Part shown: in pieces, positions 10,435 to 22,316 of the stretch
Layout: every line of letters starts with the position of its first letter
How positions within the stretch are numbered: the first letter of the stretch is position 1
Assembly: GCF_032191835.1 (NCBI RefSeq)
Contig: NC_083225.1
Coordinates: 57,040,001 to 57,104,000 of the forward strand
DNA length: 64,000 nt
Reading direction: 5' to 3'
Source: Heteronotia binoei
Taxonomy: Eukaryota
Notes under the pieces: model-generated
What the model saw: only the letters and a program-made list of their open reading frames with translations
The model's database searches: none
Told to the model about the DNA's origin: nothing
Made by a program: the position numbers and the translations under genes

Positions 10435-11170
10435 TAGGGTTTCCAAGTCCAATTCAAGAAATATCTGGGAACTCTGGGGGTGAAGCCAAGAGACTTTGGG
10501 GGTGGAGCCAAAGAGCAAGGGTGTGACAAGTATAATTGAACTTCAAGGGAGTTCTGGCCATCACATTTAAAGGGACCACACATCTTTTAAATCCCTTCGC
10601 TCCATAGGAAACAATGAAGGATAGGGGCACCGTCTTTTGGGGCTCATAGAATTGGACCTCCTGGTCCAATCTTTTTGAAACTTGGCGGATATTTTGGGGA
10701 GAAGTACTGGATGCTATGTTGCAAATCTGGTGCATCTACCTCAAAAAACAGCCCCCCCCCCCAGAGCCCCAGATACCCATGGATCAATTCTCCATTATTT
10801 CCTATGAGAATGTTTCCATAGGGAATAATAGAGTTCCCTCCCCTCTCCCCTCTTTCTCTCTCTCACTCACACACACACTTAACTGTCTCTGGTGCAACTG
10901 GGCAACCGTGTTGGTCTGAAGCAGTAGAACAAAGCAGGAGTCTCTGGTGCCTCCACAATGAGGTCTGGAAAGTACAGAGGCTATGCTGCTCTTTTACACA
11001 CACCCTCACTTGTCCGAAACAAAAGCAAAACAAACAGAGGGGCTGCACTCTGACGAGGTCTGCTGTTGCTAACCCTTCCCCATGAAGTACTTCCTGCTTC
11101 CTGGCTGGGGACGGGGGAAGCCTGTAAAACCAGGGAATCCCCTGATGGGACCTGGGGATTGGGAAGCCTA
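10435..11170. mobile_element. hAT (Blackjack-like TIR) non-autonomous element
   Basis: Degenerate TAGGGTTGCCA-type TIRs; 8-bp TSD TTATAAGG / TTAGAAGG (7/8). Confidence 0.8.
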
Positions 11171-11837
11171 TTAGAAGGGCAGAAATCTAGCATGCATATA
11201 CAGTAACTGAGTTTCAGAGGCAGGCAATGTGAGTAAGAAGCATATTATTCAAAAATCACACAAACCCATTATTATTTTAATATATTGAATCAGAAAACTA
11301 TTAAGGTCAGAGAAGAGAGGCTAAAGAGTTATCCTTGAAAACTGCACTGCACTAAAACTTTAACTGGAGATGAGCAGCATTTTCACCTAGAGGCCTTTAT
11401 AAATAGATCAAAGATAAGGAAGGTATAATGGGAAATGCTGATAGTAAGAATGCCATTTAAAGCAGCAAGTTGGAACTGTCAGTGAACTTATCAAGTCTAT
11501 GCTTGTGGTTGTTAGATGATAACCCTGAGTAATTAATTGTCCCCAAATACTAGCCTTCCATGCCATTCAGTGGGGTCAAACTAATTGAAACTTTAATCAT
11601 CAGGCTCAGCCCCACCCTTCTGGTAAGAGGAAATTTGAAGCTACATGAGAGATAAGCAAAAAGGGGATATGTGTGTCTGGAAAGCTGTAGTTGGTGGATA
11701 TGTGACATGGAGGACATTTGCAGCAGTCTCCCACTGAGGATGGGCGTCTCCTTTCTTTGCTTACCTAAGTGGGGCATTCCCAGTGAAAGACTGTTTATTT
11801 CTGCTTGGTGTTTCTTTTCTGGAAAATCCATAGAAAT

Positions 11838-12359
11838 TAGGGTTGCCAATCCCCAAGTGAGAGCAGGGCATCCCCCAGTTTAGAGGCCTTCCCCCCTGCT
11901 TCAGGGTCACCAGAAAGCAGGAGGGAGGAGGGAAATGTCTGCTGGGGACTCCATTACTCCCTATAGAGAGAGATGCCCATAGGGTATAATGGAGAATTGA
12001 TCTTTGGATATCTGGGGCTCGGGAAGACTGTTGAGGTAGAGGCACCAGTTTTTCAGCATAGCATCCAGTGCCTCTTCCCAAAATACTCTCCAGGTTGCCA
12101 AATGATTGGACCAGTGGTTCCAATTTGATGAGCCCTAAAAGAAGGTTCCCCTATCCTTCATAATTTCCAACAGAGGAAAGGCATTAAAAGGTGTGTGGTC
12201 CCTTTAAATGTGATGGCCCGAATCCCCTTGGAGTTTAATTATGCTTGTCACAACCTTGCTCCTGGCTCCACCCCAATGTCTCCTAGCTCTACCTCCATAG
12301 TCTCCTGGCTCCACTTCCAAAGTCCCCAGATATTTCTTGAAATGGACTTGGCAACCCTA
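11838..12359. mobile_element. hAT (Blackjack-like TIR) non-autonomous element, related to 10435-11170 in opposite orientation
   Basis: TAGGGTTGCCAA...TTGGCAACCCTA; TSD ATAGAAAT / CTAGAAAT (7/8). Confidence 0.85.
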
Positions 12360-12642
12360 CTAGAAATGTATATGGAAACTAGGAATGAACATATATGCAA
12401 TTCTTATTTTTATTATCCCATTTAAGCTTTGCATCATATATCACAATACATAAAATTGTATAGTTTGGAAGGTCTGTAAAATTTAACAATAGGGCTAGGG
12501 CTCTTTACAGATATACTCATTAGAGATGTAGCAGCAAGATGCTACAACCTAACATATTATAGTTTTTTGCCAACTGGGAAAAGTAAAATCAGTTTGAAAA
12601 CTGAAATCCTCAACCTTATGGGCTTGTGTGTGTGTTTGTGTG

Positions 12643-12712
12643 TTTTGTTATGTTATGTCATGATTTTTGTTATGTTATGTCATGTGTTTTGTTATGTTAT
12701 GTCATGATTTTT
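12643..12712. repeat. Short tandem repeat, about 22-bp unit x3
   Basis: TTTTGTTATGTTATGTCATG occurs three times in tandem. Confidence 0.85.
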
Positions 12713-13669
12713 CCTTGAACTGTGGATAGAGAAGTACTGATACAATATTCCCATGCATTTGTTTTTATAGCTATAATATATTCAGCAAACTGATTTTACT
12801 TCAGAACGGGGGAAAAGACATGTTAATAAAGCCTTTCTTTAAAATAGAATAACCTCTGATAGCGTACAATATATGCAAGGGCATTTGCCATCAAATGTGC
12901 TTTGAGTGTACCATGATCTTAAAAGTGATTTGGCAGCTTCCCAACAGCTATGTCTGTTTTTTTTTTAATTAGAGAGGAAGTAACTGATTCACTCTCTGCA
13001 GAAACCCCTTTATAAAACTAAGAAGGCATTTAGTTTTCTTTCTTTTTCTTTTTTTGCATTTTCATTTCTCTCAGACTCATATAGTTCTTCAAACTGCAGC
13101 CCTAAAAATAATTCTACAAATTATAGGCTTTGGTTTGCCATAATGTTGCAGTCCATTATGTACAATAATATTTTTAAACACTCGTTCATGATGCCATAAT
13201 GCAACCAAAGTCCATAGGATGTCATTGTTCTGTCAAACTCTTTATAATCATTGTACATCTTAATTGAATAGGACTTTTTTAAATAAAAAAAGATAATTAA
13301 TATCTTGGGAATGAGCTTATGGCCAAAAGGGCTCCTTCCTCCATACTAGTCTTATAGATCACATTTAGCTTCTTTTGTACAACTTGAAGACAAAATGGTA
13401 TTTTGAACATCTTCAACATCTTTAATACTTATTTATACATCACTTTGTTTGAAACTGTTTGAAGCAGTTCATACAACACACCAGTAAATTAGGTTGGAGT
13501 TTCCATTTCTCAGATGGGGTGCCAAGACTGAGGGATGGTATGTACAGAGGTTATGTTTGGATGTTCCCTCCCTCACTTTATGTGTGAACAGAATTGAAAG
13601 GGTGCTGGTTTCAGAAGCCTTCAGTTGAACTCTAATGTGTTGTGACATTAGGTTCCCCCCCCCAATAGG

Positions 13670-13850
13670 GTCCCAATGTGCTGTACAACATGCATCTCTC
13701 TTCCAACATTTTATTCTTACATCAACAACCCTGTGAGGCAGGTCAGACTGGTGGAAAGTGACTGCCCAAGATTATCTACTGATTAGCCATGGCACAGTGG
13801 GAATTCAAACCTAGCTCTCCCAGATCCTGGTCTGACATTACATCCATATT
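13670..13850 (-). mobile_element. Old Squam3/MIR-like SINE fragment
   Basis: ACAACCCTGTGAGGCAGG...GGGAATTCAAACCTAGCTCTCCCAGATC resembles the younger copies at 21192 and 34695. Confidence 0.55.
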
Positions 13851-14160
13851 GCACCATTCTGGATGAAATGGGACTCTCTTTTCCACACAAACTTGGATTA
13901 AAAACTCTTAGTTTAAATCAGTATTTTAATTTTGGTTTAAGATCTCAGTTTATGGGAAAGAAACACAGCTCTAGTTTACCGAGAACTCCAGTTTTATTCA
14001 AGCGCTGAGTTATTTTTTTTATGTTTTGCAATCCACCTTGAGTCATGCTGAGAAAGCTGGGCTATAAACAAAGTAAATAATAACTAGGAAATCTTCAATT
14101 ATGCTGTGTGCACAAAGGGAAAAGACAGAAGCGAGGGAGGGTATGAGTATGACAGTAGCC

Positions 14161-14798
14161 TAGAGTTGGGCACAGAATGGGAAAATGATGGTTTGTGTTG
14201 GTTTGTAGTTAATTTGATTGCCTGAACTGGTAGTTCATTTTGTTTCATGATTCATTTTATTTCTGAAGCAGTTCATGGTTCATTAGTTCATTTAGTTTGA
14301 GAGGTGTAAAACTCACCAAGAGTTTTAGCAGGCTGTCTTCCACTCACCCCCCAAGTTTGGCAAAGAGTGGATTTGGAATGTCCAAATTATAGCCACCCAA
14401 AGCAGGTGCCCCCAGGAAAGCTCAGCTTCAGCTCTCATGACAATTAACTCTTCTCTCTTCATGCTGCAAAGAAGAAGCAGCAGATTCTTCAAGCAGGAGG
14501 GGATCTCTGTGATTGGCTCCCAGAGCTGCCAATTAGGCTATGGGTGCCAACTTCTATGGGTGTTTCTAGGGTTCCCAGAAGTTCACACCCAGCGTTGTCT
14601 AGGAATTGATTAAATCAGTGCCAGGCTGTCTGGAACAACAAACAGCAAAAATGAACCAAATGAACCACCAAGGAAAAAAGGGCAGTTTGTTTTCCAGTTT
14701 GGACATGGTGTGAGGAAACAAACTGGTTCGGTACAAACTATGAATCAGCCTGATTCATGCATGCATTGTGATTCATAGATTGGTTTATGCCCATCCTA
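14161..14798. mobile_element. Probable MITE with TAG(A/G)(G/A)TGGGCA-type TIR
   Basis: TAGAGTTGGGCAC at the left end, ATGCCCATCCTA at the right; no TSD match found. Confidence 0.4.
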
Positions 14799-14819
14799 GA
14801 ACAGGCTATTTAAATACAG

Positions 14820-15174
14820 ATATAGAACTGATAAAAGGAAGTACTTATTCACCCAAAGCGTGATTAACATGTGGAATTCACTGTTGCAGGAGGTGGTGGC
14901 AGCTATAAGCATATACAGCTTCAAGAGGGCAATGGATAAGCATATGGAGCAGAGGTCCATCAGTGGCTATTAGCCACAGCTTATTGTTGGAACTCTCTGT
15001 CTGGGGCAGTGATGCTCTATATTCTTGTGCTTGGTGGGGCACAGTGGAAGGGCTTCTGGCCCTACTGGTGGACCTCTTGATGGCACTTGTGGGTTTTTCA
15101 GCCACTGTGTGACACAGAGTGTTGGACTAGATGGGCCATTGGCCTGATCCAACATGGCTCCTCTTATGTTCTTA
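14820..15174 (+). mobile_element. CR1 LINE 3' end
   Basis: AGGAAGTACTTATTCACCCAA...TGTGGAATTCACTG...GGACTAGATGGGCCATTGGCCTGATCCAACATGGCTCCTCTTATGTTCTTA tail. Confidence 0.85.
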
Positions 15175-16347
15175 TAGTGACTTGACTATAAGACCATTAG
15201 AAAATGTACGGCAGAGACAAGGCTTGAAGTAGGGGCTTCACACCTTTGTCTCTTTGCCACTTGCTACCCTAATTCCCATGAATAATGTGTCTGTTCCCAC
15301 TCATAAAGAAGGACAAAACACACAGTTCTGTTCCTGAATCATTCGCTGATGAATACCGGTTTATGAAATATAAACTCTAGGGATGGTGCTAGTTGAAACT
15401 GTGCTCTATAATCCCTTGTATATTACAGCATGCCTTGAAGGAAAGGAAGCATTGTGTTCTGTTCTACCATGCACCGTTACTTTATCCCATTATTAGCTCT
15501 GCCTTGTTACAATGCAGGTTTGCTTAAGTACTAATGAAAGGAACAGCAAATAATAAAGGGAAATCTATGCTTATTTGTTCTGTTGTTTTTGCCAGCAGTT
15601 CCCCAATAATTGGAACTATAATTTGATTAATCTTCATATTGATTAAGCAATAGTGGTATAGTGGCAGCTATACAAACAACATACTGCCTATTAAACCTGT
15701 ATTTTGAAATGTGATGTCAAGGAACAATATAACAACTGTGAATTTGTTTGGATATGGTCACTCCAATGTACATGCAGGAAGGAGGAACGCCTGTATATCT
15801 TCCATAGAGTTAACGATTCTTCTTCATTGTACTGATTATTTCTGGGAATTTAGGATACTCAGTCAGTTCTTTCTACCAGTCCATAACTTATCTATCCAGC
15901 CCAGAGACTAGTTTACCCAATAAATCCTGCAGACTGAAAACAGAAGTGACTGCAGAGGGGGAAGGGAAAATCAGAATTGAAACTATTCATGTGACTTTTT
16001 CTGAGGAGAAATCAAATTTTGAAATGTTACCCAAGGTTGACTATCAAGACAGGAGTTAATCTGACTTCAAATGAATTATGTATTTGCATTGTTTGTTTCG
16101 GAGGCATAATAGCCCATCAACAATTTTCCCTCTAAGCGCCACAGTGTTATGAGCAGAAATTCTACTCCATGAGCAAAAAAGCTAGTATCATAAAAGTCTA
16201 CATATGTCTATCATGTAAATTAGTTTTTAGAAAATTACTTTTGTAACTTTGTAAAAATCTCAGATTAAATTATTTTAAATTATATTTAAACTATATTTTT
16301 AAAATAATTTAAACATTACAAGAGAAAACAGAATCAAGTCAAATTTC

Positions 16348-16540
16348 ACCCACCCCTTTCCACTGTATTAGTAGACCAGTCCTTCAGAGAACGGGCCTAC
16401 CTACCCTTTTCCATTATATTGGTAGACCTGGCCTCTGGAGAACAAGTCTACCCTCACCTTTACACCATATTGGTAGATATCGCCTGTGGAGAACAGGTCT
16501 ACCCACCCCAATCCACTATAGTGATAGATCTGGCCTCAGT
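16348..16540. repeat. Diverged tandem repeat, about 51-bp unit x3.8, units with an internal palindrome
   Basis: Recurring (G)GTAGA....GGAGAAC(A/G)(A/G)G(T/C)CTACC at about 51-bp spacing. Confidence 0.7.
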
Positions 16541-18565
16541 CTGTTGCCCTGTTTTGAGCCTTAGAAAATATATCAGCATGGGTGGGGGGTGGGGAGGAGA
16601 CTTTTGCAGTCTACTTTGGGTTTTTTTTGTTCTTGTTGTTTTAGTGAAATATGATAACACACATTACAGGTCAAGGGGAGGAACAATCACTGTCAGAACC
16701 CTGCCTAACATAACAAACAGGAAGTTGCTTAAATGTTATCAACCATCCCAAACTTCTTATTTATTCAAATATTTATATTCCACTTTTCCCTTCAAGGCAG
16801 CTTACAAATCATACTTTAAAAACATAATAGGGGACTGCAAAAAAAAAACACCTTGTTTTTCCCCTATCTCCATTGTAGTCTATGGGAACCATTATAGGCT
16901 ATAATGGAGAATCGATCGGGGGGGGGGGGGACTGTTTCTTGAGATAGAGGCACCAAATTTTCAAGATACGTGATGGTGCCTCTCCTCAAAAACCTCTCCA
17001 AGTTTCAAAAAGATTGGACCAGCGGTCCAATTCTGTAGGCCCTAGAGGGTCATGCGCCATCCTCCTTTGTTTCAAATGTTGTGCACCGGAGCACCCTAGT
17101 GCAGCTTAGAGGAAACTATGCTCCTCAGTAAGTCACATACTCAATCATAGAGGACCTGTATAGTCCTCATAAATTCATAGTGCTCAATGCAATCTTTAGT
17201 AAGTATAAAGAGTAAGCATAAGCTCGCAGCCAATGTCTGGGAAGGAAGCAGAATGTTGATCATGGTCTAGCCGTCTAGACTACTTGAGCAAACATTCAAA
17301 GCCCTGTAAGCAGGGTTTTTTTTCCTGGGAAAACATGGTGGAATGGAGTTCAGGAACCTCTTTAGTAGCATGTGACTGCTGATTTCCATTGCTTCTGCTG
17401 ATTCGGTGGCTCCAGTCTATCTCTAGCAGACATGGCCTGTAACTGTCTGCTTTGGGGTTCAGTAGCCAAATCAAATAGTGCAAATACCACAGTGCAATCC
17501 TGAGCATGATTATACTCTTCTAAGTGATTTCAGTTGACTTAGAAGGGTGTGCTTAGATAAAACTTCTAATGTATTATATAGAGGACTGAGTGTTAGAGCA
17601 GGAAAACCTAGCTTTCAATTCCTGTCCAGCCATTAAACTCACAGGGCCAGACAGTTTTTTGCTGTCTTCCTCACTGTATTATTGGGAACACAAAATGTAA
17701 AGGGCCGTGCTGAAACAGTGCCCAGGATCCAGTACAGGAAATGTGGAATTTAGAAAAGGAATTTTTCATCTGATAAGAATATAGATTTTTAAAAAAACTA
17801 TAATGTAGCACATTGTTACCCAAAGAGCCAGGAGAGGTTACACACGTGCAGCCCTTGCACGAGCATCCCCTGACTCAAGGTCCAATCTTGATTTTTGATG
17901 AGCTGTGGTTTGGACTGTGCTGAGTCTTTTTTAAATATGGGGGTAGACTGTATAGGGTTTCAAGGAGAGAAGGTAGAAAACCTGTAAAATAAAGCTGCTC
18001 ACCCAGGCTTTTGGTTGGGATGGTGGACATTCAATGTCCCACATTTGACCTCCTCTGAACTGCCCATATGTGAAGCCAGGTCACTGCTGCCCACATTAAT
18101 ACTGTTCATTCAGTACCACTGGAATGAAGAATCTGTATAGTTCTATTCCATCTGGTTATAATGTTTTGTATATAATGCTTTATATATTCATTTAAATTAT
18201 TATTGGACTGTTTTAATTGAAAATCAACCTATTTGTATTAGATAATTGTTTTAAAGGAAGTCAGCTCTTTGTTGTAACCTGCCCTGAGCTCACTCACTGG
18301 GAGGGTAGGATATATTAGCCAAATCTAATAAATAAATAAATAAATAAAGATCCCCAAATGCAATGCAATAAAATAAAAAGAATTCTGGGAATGCAATTTT
18401 TAAAAAAGCAATAAAACACACACTTTGGGGAATGCAATGGAGAATGATTAAACAATGCCTAGTGGAAGAGGTCTCACTTACAGTTAGCCCAAGCAGAGCC
18501 CATCCTTGAATGTATGGGTTGTGTCCCAAAGGGAAAAGAAGGAGGAAAAGGAATGACCAAGGTAT

Positions 18566-18742
18566 CCCAGGCTAGCCCAATCTTGTCAGATCTTGGAAAC
18601 TAAGCAATTGGCCCTAGCTAGTATTTGGATGGGAGATGACCAAGGAATTCCAGGGTTGTGACATGAAGGCAGGCAATGGCAAACCACCTCTGTGGAAACT
18701 GTACAGAGTCACCATATGTCAGCTGTGACATGACAGCACTTT
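18566..18742 (+). mobile_element. 5S rRNA-derived SINE with BovB/Sauria-like tail
   Basis: GATCTTGGAAACTAAGCA...TAGTATTTGGATGGGAGA matches the 5S box A/C region, followed by GGCAATGGCAAACCACCTCTG and GTCACCATATGTCAGCTGTGAC. Confidence 0.7.
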
Positions 18743-19344
18743 CTACCAGGTCCATGGAAAGGAAGATGGGAGGGGACTCAGACGAGGAGAAGGGAAGAGG
18801 TACAGCATGGGGTTTTGGAACTTAGTTGAATGAGGCTAGAAGCAGGGAGTAAAGAAAAGTAGCATGTTGCCCAAGAACAAAAAGAACAGGGAGGAGGATT
18901 GCATTACCAGTGGGGAAGGAGTTGGGAAAGAGGAAGAGGGACTTCTGGAATGGGGCTCTGAACAGTCAGAGGATGGGTAGAACAAGCAAGAGGGACAGGG
19001 ACATGTGGGAATCTGGCTAAGAGCAAAGGGTGCAATGCAGAGACATGAGAGAGAGAGCAAAATTGATGGGGTAAATTAAGAGGAGGGAGGATCTGTATGC
19101 CATCTGATCTGAAGTGTAAACATAGTCAAGAGTAATAGCGGTAAAAATGTCATTTGGGGAGAAGCTGTGATCACAGTGATGGATAGTGTTGGGGTAGAAC
19201 TGGACCAAATGAATCAAAAATGCTGTTATACTTAAAATTCAAGCTATATAATTAATCAGGTATGGATTTATGATGATAACATTTTACCTAATTCAGTGAG
19301 GCATTCCACTCACTCTGCATGTATGCAAAGGAGATACCAATGCC

Positions 19345-19497
19345 CAGGGCTTTTTTTGAGCAGTTCCAGCTGCCTTGGCATCAGGGGGTATGGCCTAATA
19401 TGCAAATAAGTCCCTGCCGGAACAATGGTGATGTTGGGGTATGTGGCCTAATATTCAAATGAGTTCCTGCTGGGCTTTTCCTATCAAAAAAGCCCAG
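19345..19497. mobile_element. hAT-type MITE, second copy of the octamer-bearing family
   Basis: TIR CAGGGCTTTTTT / AAAAAAGCCCAG; TSD CCAATGCC / TCAATGCC (7/8). Confidence 0.85.
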
Positions 19498-19916
19498 TCA
19501 ATGCCAGAGCACTTCCCTCCATCACTCAAAGGGTGGCATCTATTATCTATTTCCACCCTTCCAATGTTGCTCAATAGAGGCAGCTGTAGACTCTCCTTCT
19601 CAAGGCACAGGTTTACTCAATGAACTTCAGAAGAACAAACCGTAAGTTTGGGTAAAATAAAGATAATTTGTACCTGTTAGAGAAAGGACCATATGCACAG
19701 AGGAATTAATTGGTCATTGTCAAGGATTGTAGAAGGCCTTTAATCAGCTTAATGATCCAACTAATACTTGAACTTTGATGAATAGCTCTAAAATAACTCT
19801 GAGACTGAGCAATGTGCTCTGTCTGAAATTGTAAGCCTGTCTTTAAGAAAAGGTAAATGCTCAAAACAAGTCAAGGACTTTATTTAAAAAAAAAAACAGA
19901 TTATGTTTATAGGTTT

Positions 19917-19974
19917 GTGCTCGCTTCAGCAGCACATATACTAAAATTGGAACAATACAGAGAATATTAGCATG
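19917..19974 (+). pseudogene. RNU6: 3'-truncated U6 snRNA retrocopy (about the first 58 nt)
   Basis: GTGCTCGCTTCAGCAGCACATATACTAAAATTGGAACAATACAGAGAATATTAGCATG matches the U6 5' end with 3 substitutions (2 at CpG). Flanked by direct repeat TTATAGGTTT (19907-19916, 19976-19985). Confidence 0.93.
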
Positions 19975-21012
19975 ATTATAGGTTTAATGTAGAGTTTTGT
20001 TTGACTTATTCAGCAGTAATTTAATGTTCTTGTTTATAATTTTTTTAATGTGTAATTGTCTTTGTATTTTTGCTTATGCTTTTTAAAAATATTAAGAATC
20101 AAACCTCATAGCTAGAACTTTAGTGCCTAAAATAAAGGATATATTAATGTTTTTATTTAAACACTTGGAAATATGGGACTAGCCCAATGAGCTGCCAACC
20201 TCCAGGAGGCACCTGGAGATCTCCCACAAGTACATATGATCTCCAGATGACTAACATCAGTTTTTTTTGGAGAAAATGGCTGCCTTAGAGGGTGAACTTT
20301 CTGACATTATACCATGCTGAGGTCCTTCCTTCCCTCAAACCCTGCCCTCCCCAGGACCAACCAACCACAAACTCTTATTTTAAGGAATGGAGTCAAATTG
20401 ATGTGGTAAGAAATGAAGTTCTAGATCTACTGGGAAGATTAAAAGCCAATATTTGTCCAGGGCCCAAATGCATATACTGAAGGGTTCTTAGGTAACTCAA
20501 ATGTGAGATTGTTTAGCTATCACCAGTGTATGTAACTTGTTACTAAAATCATCCACAGTACCAGAGAACTGCATAGTAGCAATGTTAGCCTGATTTTTAA
20601 AAAAGGGTCTAGAGTGGAACCAGGAAATTACAGGCCACTTAACCTAATTGCTGTCCCAGGCAATTTAGTAGAAATTGCAATTATTAGGCACATAGAGGAA
20701 TAAAGTCTGCTGAAGGAAAATTAGCATGGCTTCTGCAAGGGGGAGTTATGCCTCACGAGTCTTCTGAAGTTTTTTGAGAAAGCGAACAAACATGTAGATA
20801 ATGTTGATCTGGTACTAGGGTTGCCAGACTCCCCTGCCTTGCTGGAGGTGGGGAATCCCATGCTGCTGGGCACTGCTTCCCACTGTTGAGAAGCAAATGT
20901 TACCCTGTTTTTTTAAAAGAGGTTGAAATATCTTTCTTATGAGAAGAGTCTGAAAAGTCTGGGATTTTTCAGCTTAGAAAAGAGATGAGTAAAGGGGAAC
21001 ATGATAAGAGGT

Positions 21013-21660
21013 TAGGGCTGCCAAATTCCCATGCCGGGCGGGGTTTCCCCCACACTGGAGGTTCCCAACCTGCTGGCCCACGTTGGGCTGGAGACGTCGC
21101 ATGCTAGCCACTCTGGGAGCTTCTGGGACAACTCTATGATTTTCACGAACGCTGTAGCAATTTGGGAGGGAAAACTCTATGGTACAATAGGTAGAAGAAG
21201 AATTGCAGATTTATACCTCGCCCTTCTCTCTGAATCAGAGACTCAGAGTGGCTTACAATCACCCATATCTTCTCCCCGCACAACAGACACCCTGTGGGGT
21301 GGGTGGGACTGAGAGGGTTCTCACAGCAGCTGCCCTTTCAAGGACAACCTCTGCCTGAGCTATGGCTAAACCAATGCCATTCCAGCAGGTGCAACTGGAG
21401 AAGTGGGGAATCAATCCCAGTTCTCCCAGATAAGAGTTCATGCACTTAACCACTACACCAAACTGGCTCTATGGTACCATAGAGTTTTCCCTCTCAAATT
21501 GCTAGAGCATCTGGGAAAACCATAGAGCTTCCCCAGAAGCTCCTAGAGCAGCCAGTGTGCGATATCACTGGTGCAGTGACGTCACTTGCGAATGATGTCA
21601 TCGCTCCGTGCGTGTGAAAACAATCCCCCTTCGGAGGCTGCGGGGGATGTGGCAACCTTA
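21013..21660. mobile_element. hAT (Blackjack-like) MITE inserted in CR1
   Basis: TAGGGCTGCCA...GGCAACCTTA; perfect 8-bp TSD TAAGAGGT (21005-21012, 21661-21668). Confidence 0.88.
21192..21468 (-). mobile_element. tRNA-derived SINE (Squam3-like, CTT tail) inserted in the MITE
   Basis: Minus-strand head AGAGCCAGTTTGGTGTAGTGGTTAAGTG; (CTT)n tail; 16-bp TSD CTCTATGGTAC(A/C)ATAG at 21175-21190 and 21467-21482. Confidence 0.88.
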
Positions 21661-22316
21661 TAAGAGGTATATAAAATTATGTATAGGATAGAATGGACAG
21701 AGTTTTCCCAGAAGCTCCTAGTGCAGCCAGTACGTGATGTCACGATAGGTACCATAGAGTTTTCCCTCCCAAATTGCTAGAGCATCTGGAAAAATCATAG
21801 CGTTTTCCCAGAAGCTCCTAGAGCAGCCAGTGCATGATGTCACTGGTGCGGTGATGTCACTTGCGAGTGACATCATCGCTCCATGCAGGTGAAAACAGTC
21901 CCCCGCCAGAGGCTGTGGGGGACTTGGCAACCCTACAAGAGGTATATAAAATTATGCATAGGATAGACAGAATGGACAGAGGGAACTTTTTCTCCCTCTT
22001 CTAAAAACTGGAACTTAAGGACATCCAATTAAGTTGATGAAGTCTTAGGATGGACAGAAAGAAATTAGAGAAATGTGGAATTCACTGCCAAAGGATCTAG
22101 TGGTTTTAAAAGGGGATTAGATAGATCTATGGTTATGGAGGATGATTCTATCAGTGGCTACTAGCCATGGTGACTAAAGGGAACTTCCATATTTAAAGGG
22201 AATAGATCTCTGAATACAAGTGTTAGGAGGCAATGTCAAAGGAAGATCTCAGCCTCTATGCTGTGTTGTTGGACCTCCAGAATAACTGGTTGGTGTCTGT
22301 GAGAGATAGGATCCTG

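Larger units (their letters stand above)
20385..22316 (+). mobile_element. Fragmented CR1 LINE (RT region to 3' UTR) interrupted by MITEs and a SINE
   Basis: Decayed GPxxIxPRVL / PIFKKG..GNYRP / QHGFCKG..CLT..L.FF motifs at 20.45-20.8 kb; G.MI..YKIM-like sequence at 21.0 and 21.66 kb; 3' UTR tail resumes at about 23660-23713. Confidence 0.75.

Noticed and set aside
16348-16540. CRISPR-like array of palindromic repeats
   Set aside because: Eukaryotic context, diverged units, spacers similar to each other, and no cas genes.
18566-18660. Possible 5S rRNA gene
   Set aside because: Diverged, incomplete and fused to a LINE-derived tail.
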